A model generated the notes under the pieces. The model saw only the letters and a list, made by a program, of their open reading frames with translations. It had not been told where the DNA came from and did no database searches. This document shows positions 17,640 to 27,319 of a stretch of 64,000 nucleotides of DNA, one piece after another (the stretch's first letter is position 1; the number at the start of each line of letters is the position of its first letter). Position numbers and translations under genes: made by a program. Origin of the DNA: Myxococcota bacterium (GTDB lineage: Bacteria > Myxococcota_A > UBA796 > SXON01); NCBI GenBank assembly GCA_040386535.1, contig JAZKFH010000042.1:96001-160000 (forward strand), read 5' to 3'.

Positions 17640-20110
17640 GGCGCCTCGAAGCTCGCCGTCATCTTCGCGATACGGTCCAGGAGGCTCTCCATCGACGCAG
17701 CATCCACCGCGAGCCGCTCGACCACAAGCGGGAACGCGAGAGGGCTCGGTCGGGATGTATCGATACATTCGAGGGGAGAGGCGCCCAATCGGCCGAGCAC
17801 CGAGAGGAGCCGATCACGCTCGAACTGCTGCTCCACCACCTCGCGGCGCGCCTGGAGGAGCAGCAGGTTGCCCGGGTCGTAGCGGGTGAACACGTCGTAG
17901 AGCAACGAGGCGCTCGACTGCACCTGGCGCATCGTGCGCCGCGCGTGGGCGGGGCCGGTCATCACGAGCCCGGCGACTCGGGCGATCTCGCGGAATCGGC
18001 GGCGCATCAGCTCGCTGATGTTCACGCTGGCGACGATGTCGTCGACCAGATCTTCGCGCGAGAACGCCGTGGCGTCGAGCAGGGTGGCGAAGGGATACGG
18101 GTCGGCGGTCAGGAGCTCGAGCCCGTGATCGTTCACGGCGATCGAGAACGTGGCCGGGACGCGCCGGCCCATACGGAGGGCCAACAGGGCGGCGAGCCCC
18201 TCGTGCACCCGGCGCCCCTCGAAGGGGTACAGGAACAGGTGGTGGCCCTCGCGGGTGGCGCACAGCTCGGCGAGCACCCGATCCGCCGCGGGCAGGCGGG
18301 AGATCGCGGCCTGGGCCTCGAACACGGGGCGCGCGGCCACCAGCTCCGGGGCGTCCACGCGGCCTCCGCGTACGTCGTCGAGGACCCGACGCACGGCGTG
18401 CCCGAGCGAGCCCGAGATCGGCAGCTTGTTGCCGGGCCAATGCGGCGTGTTGGTCGTGCGCTTCTTGACCGGCTTCGCCCAGGCGACGAGGTCCTTGATC
18501 CGCACCAGCTCCAGCGTGTGGCCGCCGAAAACGAAGCTCTCGCCGACGCGGAGCCGGGTGATGAACCCCTCGTCGATCGTCCCGATGTCGCCGCCACCGA
18601 CCTTGCGGACCTGCATCGTCGCGTCGCCGAGGATGGTGCCGACGTTGACGCGGTGCAGCTTGGCGATACCCTCGTCCGGGACCCGGTACCGCTCGCCCAC
18701 CATCACGACCCGGTGGTACTCCGGGTAGGCGCCGAGGGTGGCGCCGCCGTCCCGCACCAGCGCCAGGGCCCAGCCCAGCTCCTCGGCGGTGAGGTTCCGG
18801 TACGACCACGCCCCGCGCACCTCGTCGAGGATCCCCTCCTCGGTGAAGCCGCCGCCGAGCGCGCAGGTGACGAGGTGCTGCGAGAGCACGTCGAGCGGCT
18901 TCTGCAACGGCTGGCGCGGCTCCACCTCGCCGTGCGCCAGCGCGTCGCGCACCGCCGCGATCTCCACGAGCTCGAAGGTGTTCGTCGGTACGCACGTCAC
19001 CCGGCACGTGGCCCCCGGCCGATGTCCGGAGCGTCCCGCCCGCTGCGTGAGCCGCGCGATGCCCTTCGGTGAGCCGATCTGCACCACGCGCTCGATCGGG
19101 GTGAGATCGACCCCGAGATCGAGCGACGCGGTGCACACGACGAGCCGGAGCGCGCCGCTCTTGAGCCCGGCCTCCACCCGCTCCCGCTCCTCCCGATCCA
19201 CGGAGCCGTGATGCAGCCCCATGTGCTCGATCCATTCCGGGCGGCGCTCCAGGATCTCCTGGAACCAGCGCTCGGCCTGGGAGCGTGTGTTGGTGAACAC
19301 GAGCGTCGGCACCTCGGGATCCAGCGCCTCGACCAGCAGCGGCACCATCTGGATGCCGAGGTGGCCCGCCCACGGGAAGGCGTCGACGCGGGGCGGCAGG
19401 ATGGTGTCGATGACGACGGGTCGGGGGATGTCCGCGCGCACGACCGTGGCGGTGGCGTGCGTGCCGACCGCGGCCTGGGCGGCCTCCGCGGCATTGCCGA
19501 CCGTGGCGGTCAGGGCCCAGGTGCGCAGGCCCGGCGCGAACGTGCGCAGCCGGGCCAGGGCGAGCTCGATCTGGGTCCCGCGCTTGCTGTCGATCAGCTC
19601 GTGCCACTCGTCGACCACGACCGCGCGCAGGCCGGCGAAACGCTCTGCTGCGTCGCTCTCCGTCAGCAACATCGAGAGGGACTCCGGCGTGGTGACCAGC
19701 ACCTCCGGCAGCCGGACCTTCTGACGCACGCGGACGGAGCTCGATGTATCACCGGTGCGGCTCTCCACCCGGATGGCGAGCCCGAGCGCCTCGACCGGCG
19801 CCTTGAGCGCCGCCTCGATGTCACGCGCCATCGCGCGGAGCGGGCTGATGTAGAGCAGGCCGCCGCCGTCCGCCGCGATCTCCGCGAGGGGGCCGAGGTA
19901 GGCGGCGTAGGTCTTGCCGGCCCCCGTCGGCACCTGCACGATGCCGCTCTCACCGCGCAGGTAGGCCGCCCAGGCCTCCTCCTGGAAGGGCATCGGGATC
20001 CAGCCGCGCTCGGTGAACCAGCCGCGGAGGCGGTCGAGCGCCTGCTCGGGTGTCGACGGACGGGGAATCGAAGATGGCTTCGGCGCCGTCGCCGCCTTCG
20101 CGCGGGCCAC
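17624..20110 (-). CDS. Ligase-associated DEXH-box (Lhr-like) helicase
   Basis: PTGAGKT, DEWHE, HHGS, SLDLGVD, QRAGRSGH; the GTG start overlaps the ligase stop. Confidence 0.93.
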   Translation of the reverse strand: MARAKAATAPKPSSIPRPSTPEQALDRLRGWFTERGWIPMPFQEEAWAAYLRGESGIVQVPTGAGKTYAAYLGPLAEIAADGGGLLYISPLRAMARDIEAALKAPVEALGLAIRVESRTGDTSSSVRVRQKVRLPEVLVTTPESLSMLLTESDAAERFAGLRAVVVDEWHELIDSKRGTQIELALARLRTFAPGLRTWALTATVGNAAEAAQAAVGTHATATVVRADIPRPVVIDTILPPRVDAFPWAGHLGIQMVPLLVEALDPEVPTLVFTNTRSQAERWFQEILERRPEWIEHMGLHHGSVDREERERVEAGLKSGALRLVVCTASLDLGVDLTPIERVVQIGSPKGIARLTQRAGRSGHRPGATCRVTCVPTNTFELVEIAAVRDALAHGEVEPRQPLQKPLDVLSQHLVTCALGGGFTEEGILDEVRGAWSYRNLTAEELGWALALVRDGGATLGAYPEYHRVVMVGERYRVPDEGIAKLHRVNVGTILGDATMQVRKVGGGDIGTIDEGFITRLRVGESFVFGGHTLELVRIKDLVAWAKPVKKRTTNTPHWPGNKLPISGSLGHAVRRVLDDVRGGRVDAPELVAARPVFEAQAAISRLPAADRVLAELCATREGHHLFLYPFEGRRVHEGLAALLALRMGRRVPATFSIAVNDHGLELLTADPYPFATLLDATAFSREDLVDDIVASVNISELMRRRFREIARVAGLVMTGPAHARRTMRQVQSSASLLYDVFTRYDPGNLLLLQARREVVEQQFERDRLLSVLGRLGASPLECIDTSRPSPLAFPLVVERLAVDAASMESLLDRIAKMTASFEAPCPSA

Positions 20111-21708
20111 TACGCCGACACGGAGAGCAAGCCGCGGAGCTGCTCCAGGGTGTCGGCATCGGCGGCCGTCTTGTCGCGGCGCCAGCGTAGGATGCGAGGG
20201 AAACGCACGGCGACCCCGGACTTGTGGCGCGGGGAGGGCGCGATGCCCTCGAAGGCGAGCTCGAACACGTGGAACGGCTCGACGGAGCGGACCGGCCCGA
20301 ACTTCTCGACGGTGTGGCGGCGGATCCACTTGTCGAGCTCGTCGATCTCCGTGTTCGTGAGCCCCGAGTAGGCCTTCGCCACGGGGAACAGCGCGCCCTC
20401 GTGCCACACGGCGAACGTGTAGTCCGTGTAGAGCCCGGCCCGTTTGCCGTGGCCGGCCTGGGCGTACACGAGCACCCCGTCCATCGTGTAGGGCGCAATC
20501 TTCCACTTCCACCACGGGCCCCGCGTGCGGCCGACACCGTAGGGCGAGTCACGGCGCTTCAGGAGCAGGCCCTCGACACCCCGCTCGCGCGCCTCCTCGC
20601 GGCGCTCCCCGAGTTGTTCCCAGTCAGGCGCCGTCACCTCCGTGGAGAGCCGGACGGTGGGAGCGAGGGGCGCGACGAGCGCGGCGAGGCGGGCACGCCG
20701 CTCATCGAGCGGGAGGGCGCGGATGTCGGCCCCCTCGTGCTCCAACAGGTCGAAGGCGACCAGCACGACCGGCGCCGCGTCGAGCACCTTCTTGTCCAGC
20801 TTCTTGCGCCCGATGCGGGTCTGAAGGTCCGCGAACGGCAGCGGCGCGTCTCCCCGCCACGCCATCAGCTCCCCGTCGAGCACCGTCCCGATGGGCAGCC
20901 GGGTGGCCACCGCCGTCACCTCGGGGAACCGCTCGGTGAGCAGGTCCTCCCCGCGCGACCAGATGGCGAGCGTGCCTTCGCGGCGGATCACCTGGGCGCG
21001 GATGCCGTCCCACTTCCACTCGGCGAGCCAGGCCGACACATCGCCGAGCGTGCCGATGGCGTCGCTCTCGAGCGGCGCAGCCAGGAAGAACGGGTACGGG
21101 CGGGTCCGATCCTCGGTCGCGCCTTCCGCGTCGAGGAGGGCGCGGTAGCCCTCGGGGGTCGGCGCCCAGCTCCCCATCAGGCGGTGCGCGAGCGTGGCCG
21201 GCGGCACCCCCGCGATCTCCGCCAGCGCCCGCACCACGAGCGTGTGTGACACCCCGACGCGCAGCTCCCCGGTGAGGAGCTTGTTGAGCACGAAGCGCTC
21301 CCGGCGCGGCAACGCGGCCCACCAGCGGCGCAGCGCGGCTTCGCGGGCGGGCGCGTCCAGCGTCGGCAGCGTGACGATGCGCTCGAGCCAGGTGTGCAGC
21401 GGGAGATCGCCCTCGTCGGGGGCGGTGGCGAGCGGATCGACGAGCAGCGCGAGGGCCTCCGCGAGGTCACCCACCGCCGTGTAGCACTCCGCGAGCATCC
21501 ACTCCGGGTAGCCGCTGACGGCGACAGCGGCCGAGCGCAGCTCACGCGTCGGCACCAGCCGCTTGAGCCGGTTTCCGGTGAGGAACCACAGCGCCCACGC
21601 GGCGTCCGCGGGGTCGGCGTCCCGGAACCAGGCCACGAGCGCCTCGACCTTCCGGTTGGTCGAGGTCGTCTGGTCCAGCGTGTCGTACAGGTCCGCGAAG
21701 CGCCTCAT
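20110..21708 (-). CDS. ATP-dependent DNA ligase
   Basis: EWKWDGIRAQ adenylation motif, EGLLLK, WWKWK, VRFPRI. Confidence 0.95.
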   Translation of the reverse strand: MRRFADLYDTLDQTTSTNRKVEALVAWFRDADPADAAWALWFLTGNRLKRLVPTRELRSAAVAVSGYPEWMLAECYTAVGDLAEALALLVDPLATAPDEGDLPLHTWLERIVTLPTLDAPAREAALRRWWAALPRRERFVLNKLLTGELRVGVSHTLVVRALAEIAGVPPATLAHRLMGSWAPTPEGYRALLDAEGATEDRTRPYPFFLAAPLESDAIGTLGDVSAWLAEWKWDGIRAQVIRREGTLAIWSRGEDLLTERFPEVTAVATRLPIGTVLDGELMAWRGDAPLPFADLQTRIGRKKLDKKVLDAAPVVLVAFDLLEHEGADIRALPLDERRARLAALVAPLAPTVRLSTEVTAPDWEQLGERREEARERGVEGLLLKRRDSPYGVGRTRGPWWKWKIAPYTMDGVLVYAQAGHGKRAGLYTDYTFAVWHEGALFPVAKAYSGLTNTEIDELDKWIRRHTVEKFGPVRSVEPFHVFELAFEGIAPSPRHKSGVAVRFPRILRWRRDKTAADADTLEQLRGLLSVSA

Positions 21709-22730
21709 GGGACGGCCTCCTCCGCCACGTCCGTCTCGCCTTCCCAGGCGGTCGGCACCGTAGCGGCGTCGAGCCCCTGCTCGCACAACCAGCGCACCAG
21801 CGGCTCGGTGTTCCCATGTGTCACCAACACATGTTCGGCGCTCGTGGCAGCGATGGTCTCCACCAGGGCTGGCCAGTCGGCGTGATCGGAGAGCACGAAG
21901 CCCCGATCGACGGATTGCCGGCGGCGAGGCCCGCGCACACGCATCCACCCCGACGCCAGCGCTGTCTCCGCGTTCGGGAACCGCTTCATCCACGGGCTTC
22001 CGCGCGCGCCCGGGGTGGCGAGCACCAGGTCCCCCTCGAAGCGATGGCCAATGGGCGCGTCCGCGACCAGGCGTGTGGGCAGCATCGGGACGCCGGCCGC
22101 GCGGTAGATCTCGACGATGGGCGCGATGGCGCCGTGCACGTAGACCTCCCGGTCCGTCAGCCGCGCGAGCTCCGCGAGGATGCGCTGCGACTTCCCCAAC
22201 GCATACGCGAACAGCACCGCCGGGCGCCCCGCCGCCCGCGAAGCGTCCCACCACGCGAGGATCTCGGCGGCCACCACGTCCCCCGGGTCCCACTGGTAGA
22301 TCGGCAGGCCGAAGGTCGCCTCGGTCACGAACGTGTCGCACCGGAGGGGCTCGAACGCCGCGCACGTCGGATCCGCAGCGCGTTTGTAGTCGCCCGAGAT
22401 CACCCACACCTCGCCCTGGTGGGCGATGCGGAGCTGTGCCGAGCCGAGGACGTGGCCGGCGGGATGGAACGAGAGGTCGACGTCTCCGAGGCGCCTCGTC
22501 TCCCCGTAGGACACCCCCTCGATGCGCGCCTCGGGCCCGAGCCGACGCCGGAGCACCGGCAGGGACGGCGCCGTCGCGAGGTAGCTCCGCATCCCGGGGC
22601 GCGCGTGATCGGCGTGGGCGTGGGTCAGGACCGCGCGGTCCACCGGGCCCCACGGATCGACGTAGAAGCCGCCCGGCTCGCACCAGAGGCCCGCGGGCGT
22701 GGGCCGCAACAACGGTTCTCGGTTCCCCAT
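21705..22730 (-). CDS. Ligase-associated DNA damage response exonuclease (MBL/beta-CASP)
   Basis: THAHADHA, AGHVLGS, SGDYK, EATFGLP, LSDHADW; GAGGAGG RBS. Confidence 0.93.
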   Translation of the reverse strand: MGNREPLLRPTPAGLWCEPGGFYVDPWGPVDRAVLTHAHADHARPGMRSYLATAPSLPVLRRRLGPEARIEGVSYGETRRLGDVDLSFHPAGHVLGSAQLRIAHQGEVWVISGDYKRAADPTCAAFEPLRCDTFVTEATFGLPIYQWDPGDVVAAEILAWWDASRAAGRPAVLFAYALGKSQRILAELARLTDREVYVHGAIAPIVEIYRAAGVPMLPTRLVADAPIGHRFEGDLVLATPGARGSPWMKRFPNAETALASGWMRVRGPRRRQSVDRGFVLSDHADWPALVETIAATSAEHVLVTHGNTEPLVRWLCEQGLDAATVPTAWEGETDVAEEAVP

Positions 22731-22769
22731 CCCCTCCTCTCTATCCGCCTCCGCGATAGAACTCCGGAG

Positions 22770-23144
22770 ATGTCCACCGTCACCCCCGCCACCGTCCGGC
22801 TCGACAAGTGGCTGATCGCCGCCCGCATGTTCAAGACGCGCCCGCTCGCCCAAGAGGCGTGTGACGGCGGCCACGTGACCGTGAACGATCGCGCCGCCAC
22901 GCCCGCCCGCGCGGTCAAGTCGGGAGACGTGATCGTGGCGGACACCCCTGGCGGCAAGAAGATCCTCCGCATCACCGGCTTGGAGGAGAAGCGCGGCCCC
23001 GCGGCGCACGCGCGCACGCTCTACGACGACCTGACGCCGCCGCCCCCGCCGTCCGAGGAGCCCGTCGCCTTGCGGGAACGTGGCGCCGGCCGTCCCACCA
23101 AGCGGGACCGCCGCCTCATCGACCGTACGCGCGGCGAGGAGTGA
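22770..23144 (+). CDS. hslR: Ribosome-associated heat shock protein Hsp15 (S4 domain)
   Basis: VRLDKWL..FKTR..GRPTKRDRR. Confidence 0.92.
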   Translation: MSTVTPATVRLDKWLIAARMFKTRPLAQEACDGGHVTVNDRAATPARAVKSGDVIVADTPGGKKILRITGLEEKRGPAAHARTLYDDLTPPPPPSEEPVALRERGAGRPTKRDRRLIDRTRGEE

Positions 23145-24883
23145 GCGTCGGGGGCGCCCCTCTCGCCCGGGTCCTGCGCGGCCACGGGGCCCCCCTGCTC
23201 GTGTTCGTCGCGCTCGCGCTGCTCCTCTGCGCGCCCGTGCTCTCCGACCCGACAGGCCTCGCGCTCGGGCACCCCTCCAACGACGTGTGGAACCACGTCT
23301 GGGGCTTCTGGTGGGTGGCCACCGAGCTCTCGATGGGGCGCCTCCCGGTCGCCACGGAGCTGCTCGCCTGGCCCGCGGGCGGGAGCCTCTGGTTCATCGA
23401 CACGTTCAACGTGCTGGTCACCCTCCCGGTGTCGTGGCTCTGGGGCCCCGTGGCTGCCTACAACGCCGCGGTGTTCGGCAACTTCGTCTTGTGCGGCGTG
23501 GGCGCCTACGTGCTCGCCAACCGCGTCGCGCGCAGCCGGGCCGGCGCCGCGCTGGCGGGGGTGGCGTTCATGAGCTGCCCGCACCTGCTCGGGCAGGCCT
23601 ACAACGGCATCACGGAGACCCTCTCCGCGGGCTGGCTCCCCCTCGCCATCGCCACCTTCCTGGCCGCGCGGGAAGCCCCAAGTCCCGTGCGCGCGCTGCT
23701 CGCGGGGGCGACCTTCGGCGTGACCGCGTTCGCCAACTGGTACTACGGTCTGTTCGCGGCCATCGTGATCGGGTCGGTGCTCGTATGGGACGTGCTCCGT
23801 GCGCTCCGCGCCCGACGCAGGACGGGCTTCGCACCCTCGCTCCTGGCGCTCTCGCTCGCCGGAGTCGCGGCCGCGCTCGTGGCGGGCGGACCGTTCACCT
23901 TGTTCTACCTGTCCATGGGCGCGGCGGACGCCGTCGTCACGCGGGACCGCGCCTTCGTGTTCATGACGCTGGTCATGCACAACATGACCGATCTGGTGTC
24001 GCTGTTCCGGCCGGGCAAACATTACTCGCCGGACCTCAAAGCCCAGTTCGACGAGGATCTGCTGGTGGTGGTGTACCTCGGGCACGCCCTGGTGTGGCCC
24101 GCGCTCGCGACGCTGTGGGGCGGCTGGCGCCGCTTCGCCCAGCCGTGGGCCCTGTTCGCGGCGGGCTTCGTGCTCCTCACGCTCGGGCCGTTCCTGTACG
24201 TCGCCGGCGCCTACGTGCAGCTGGACGGCGGCTGGATCCCCCTCCCCTTCCTCGCCTTGTTCGAAGCGTTCCCGCTGTTCTCGCGGATCTCCCACGCCTA
24301 CCGCTTCGTGCTCGGCGCCTCGCTCGCGCTCGCGGTGATGCTCGCGTGGGCGGTGCGAGACCTCGGGCAGCGCGGCGTGCCCGTGGTGGCCGCGGCCGCG
24401 TGGCTCGGCGCGCTCCGGCTGGTGGAGGCCCTATGGCTCTCCCCCGCCGTGTTCCCGATCCCCGCCGCCGACACCCACGTCCCCGCCGTATACGCCACGC
24501 TCGGCGAGGGCGCCGTGCTCGACCTGCCCGTGAGCCTCCCCGTGCTCGCGCGCTCGCGGTACGGGATGTATCAGATGGTGCACGGGCAGCCGGTCCCCTA
24601 CGGGCTCAACGACCCCTCGCCGCTGTACCTCTACGTGAACCGATACACGCGCCTGCTCATCGAGCTCGAGCGCAGCACGATCGCATTCCTCCCCGCCGAG
24701 CTCCCGATGCTCGACCTCGCGCTCGGCCAGCAGGCGCTCGTGGATGGCGGCCTGCGCTGGATCGTGCTTCACCGCGCCGAGTATCCGCCGGCCCAGTACG
24801 CGAAGGTGGCCCAGCTCCTCGACCTGACGGCGACCGCGACCTGGGACGACGGCGACACACGCGTGTATCGGATCGGACCATGA
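23141..24883 (+). CDS. Polytopic membrane protein, GT-C glycosyltransferase-like
   Basis: Many TM helices, NDVWNHVW loop, LAWPAGG, C-terminal VLDLP periplasmic domain. Confidence 0.6.
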   Translation: MSVGGAPLARVLRGHGAPLLVFVALALLLCAPVLSDPTGLALGHPSNDVWNHVWGFWWVATELSMGRLPVATELLAWPAGGSLWFIDTFNVLVTLPVSWLWGPVAAYNAAVFGNFVLCGVGAYVLANRVARSRAGAALAGVAFMSCPHLLGQAYNGITETLSAGWLPLAIATFLAAREAPSPVRALLAGATFGVTAFANWYYGLFAAIVIGSVLVWDVLRALRARRRTGFAPSLLALSLAGVAAALVAGGPFTLFYLSMGAADAVVTRDRAFVFMTLVMHNMTDLVSLFRPGKHYSPDLKAQFDEDLLVVVYLGHALVWPALATLWGGWRRFAQPWALFAAGFVLLTLGPFLYVAGAYVQLDGGWIPLPFLALFEAFPLFSRISHAYRFVLGASLALAVMLAWAVRDLGQRGVPVVAAAAWLGALRLVEALWLSPAVFPIPAADTHVPAVYATLGEGAVLDLPVSLPVLARSRYGMYQMVHGQPVPYGLNDPSPLYLYVNRYTRLLIELERSTIAFLPAELPMLDLALGQQALVDGGLRWIVLHRAEYPPAQYAKVAQLLDLTATATWDDGDTRVYRIGP

Positions 24884-26151
24884 TGCTCCTCTCCCTCGTC
24901 CTCGCCGCGTGCACCCCCAAGGCCCCCGAGGGCTACGACGCCTGGCCGGAGCAGACCGACGTGTTCCCCTGGGTGTACACCCCCGAGGAGGACCTGGAGC
25001 CCTACGAGGAGGTGCGCTGGGAGACCGAGACGTGGGACCCCGGCACCGATCAGGACCAGGTCGGGTACTACCTGTTCAAGGCGCTGAACCATCGCGTCGG
25101 CGCGCCGGAGGAGAGCCTCGCCCACTTCGACGTCATGCGTGACACACTTGGTGATACATCCCCCGGCGCCGACGATGTATCACTCTCCTTCGTGGGCGAC
25201 GTGATGTGGATGGGCGAGAACTGGTCGACCTTCTCGCTGCCCTCGGAGGGGCTGCTCGACGGCGACCTGCGGATCGGCAACCTCGAGACGCCCACGGATC
25301 CGGGCCGCTCCTTCGAGCCCGCGGAGCTCGGCCTCTACACGTTCAACGCGCCGCCCGAGATGCTCGACGGGCTGCCGCTCGACGTGGTGCAGCTCAACAA
25401 CAACCACAGCCTGGACGTGGATGACGCCGGGCTGGAGGCGACCGTCGCCGAGGTCACCGCGCGGGGGCTCGTGGCCACCGGGGTGGACACCCACGCCGTG
25501 GTGGACGTGGGCGGCCACTCCATCGCCATCCTGTCGTACACCTGGGGCCTGAACCGTCGGGACATCCGCTCGGCGCACGACCTGTTCATCGTCCCGTTCG
25601 GCCACCTCGACCTCGATCCGTTCGGCCCCGAGATCGACGCGCTCGGCGAGGACATCGCCGCGGCACGCGCGGACGGCGCGGAGACCGTCGTGGTGCTGGT
25701 CCACTGGGGCTACGAGTACGAGTACTACCCCGACCCGCACTACCTCCGGCTGGGGCGCCGTCTCGTCGAGCTCGGCGCGGACGTCGTCGTCGGCGAGGGG
25801 CCCCACGTGGCGCAGCCGGCGGAGCTCTGTCACGTCAACAACCCCTCGATCGTGCCGGGCATCGGCACCTGCAGTGTCCGCACCGAGGACGGCGAGCCGC
25901 GCACGGCCGCGATCCTCTACAGCCTCGGCAACTTCGGCACGACGATGCCCACGCTCCCCTGCCAGGCGGGCATCGTCGCGAACGTGTCCGTCGGCCCCGA
26001 CGTGACCGGCCTCGGCTGGGCGGCGGCGGTGACCGTGGACACCGCGGAGGGCCTCCAGGTGGTGCCGCTCGCGGATGTGTTGGACGACTCGGACCGGGCC
26101 GCGGAGGCCGCGCGCCTGGACGCGCACCTCGGCGTCGGGTGGAAGCGCTGA
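24880..26151 (+). CDS. CapA/PGA_cap family metallophosphatase-fold lipoprotein
   Basis: Lipobox LAAC; GDVM, GNLETP, NNNHSLD, HWGYEY, YSLGNF. Confidence 0.88.
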   Translation: MMLLSLVLAACTPKAPEGYDAWPEQTDVFPWVYTPEEDLEPYEEVRWETETWDPGTDQDQVGYYLFKALNHRVGAPEESLAHFDVMRDTLGDTSPGADDVSLSFVGDVMWMGENWSTFSLPSEGLLDGDLRIGNLETPTDPGRSFEPAELGLYTFNAPPEMLDGLPLDVVQLNNNHSLDVDDAGLEATVAEVTARGLVATGVDTHAVVDVGGHSIAILSYTWGLNRRDIRSAHDLFIVPFGHLDLDPFGPEIDALGEDIAAARADGAETVVVLVHWGYEYEYYPDPHYLRLGRRLVELGADVVVGEGPHVAQPAELCHVNNPSIVPGIGTCSVRTEDGEPRTAAILYSLGNFGTTMPTLPCQAGIVANVSVGPDVTGLGWAAAVTVDTAEGLQVVPLADVLDDSDRAAEAARLDAHLGVGWKR

Positions 26152-26152
26152 C

Positions 26153-27319
26153 TCAGGCCCGCCGACGCCGTGTCAACGCCAACGGCAGGAGCAGCCACGC
26201 CGCCGCCCCGTTGCATCCGCAGGCGCTCTCGACCGGCTCGGGGTCCTCGTCCACGGCTGTATCAATTGTTCCGGAATCGGATGTATCACCGGTGTCGGAG
26301 GGCTCCGCGGTGTCGTCCGGCTCGTCCGGCCCGGGATCCAGCCCCGCCTCCACCCGGTCGATCGTGACGACGAACGCGTAGTTCTCGAGCTCCCGGGTGT
26401 AGGACACGACCAGCGTATCGTCGCGGAAGGTGAGCCAGGGCTGCATCCCCCCGTTCGGCGGGGTGTTGTGCGACACCTGCACCTGCTCCGACAACCTCCA
26501 GTCGAGGTTGAACACCGAGAGCCACACATCGCCGTCCTGGGCGTCAAAACCGGCAGCCTCGTCGCGGACCATGTGCGCGAGCACGTGCCGATTGCCGACG
26601 CGCGTGTAGCCCTGGGACCAATAGGCCTTCTGGCCGCGGATGGAGACGTCCTGAAGGTGGCGGTCCTCCACGGCGAGGTCGGCGGTCGTGTACTCGGTCA
26701 CGTGCAGGTAGTCGCCGTCGTCGCCTTTGAAGCTCGCGATGCCGACCGTCACCCCGTCGCTGAACAACGAGGAGCCGGTCACGATCGGCGCGTGGTCGGG
26801 CTCGACGACGCGCACGGCGGTGGCGTCGGGTCCGAGCTCGACGAGACGGAACGAGACGCGGCTGTCGGGGTCGAAGAAGCCGGTCGCGGCAAACCCCTCC
26901 GCGCACACGACGGGCATGTCCCGGTGGACCTGCGTGGGTTCGCTGTCGAACAGCTGCGACGAGGCCGTCATCCCGAGGTCGGCGTCGTAACGGAAGGCCC
27001 ACGCCGAGTCGTCCAGGCTCAGCGCGCTCGCCGAGGCGATGTGCAGCCACGATCCGTCGGGACAGCGGGCGATCGCGTGGTCGACGAGATCCGAGCGCCC
27101 GGTCAGGCGCGTGAGCCGGGTCAGGTCGGGTACGAACGCGTCGTCCAGGGGCACGTGCTGATACTCTCCGCCGGACGCGAAGAAGAAGTCCCAGCCCGTC
27201 TCCGCGGGGAACAGGCGCCCCCAGTTGCCCGAGCGGTCCACGTCGATGTGGGTCTCCGGCCCGACGTCTACGAGCAGCGACCCGGCCCAGGCCCCAGAGG
27301 CGAGCAGGAGCGCGAGCAC
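26153..27319 (-). CDS. Secreted beta-propeller-like protein with a MYXO-CTERM-like tail
   Basis: Signal peptide, acidic linker, ACGC, hydrophobic helix, RRRR; last gene of the glucan operon. Confidence 0.7.
   Translation of the reverse strand: MLALLLASGAWAGSLLVDVGPETHIDVDRSGNWGRLFPAETGWDFFFASGGEYQHVPLDDAFVPDLTRLTRLTGRSDLVDHAIARCPDGSWLHIASASALSLDDSAWAFRYDADLGMTASSQLFDSEPTQVHRDMPVVCAEGFAATGFFDPDSRVSFRLVELGPDATAVRVVEPDHAPIVTGSSLFSDGVTVGIASFKGDDGDYLHVTEYTTADLAVEDRHLQDVSIRGQKAYWSQGYTRVGNRHVLAHMVRDEAAGFDAQDGDVWLSVFNLDWRLSEQVQVSHNTPPNGGMQPWLTFRDDTLVVSYTRELENYAFVVTIDRVEAGLDPGPDEPDDTAEPSDTGDTSDSGTIDTAVDEDPEPVESACGCNGAAAWLLLPLALTRRRRA

Noticed and set aside
17004..22730. Ligase/helicase/nuclease cluster as a novel defence system
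   Set aside because: Matches the already described ligase-associated DNA damage response operon in content and order.
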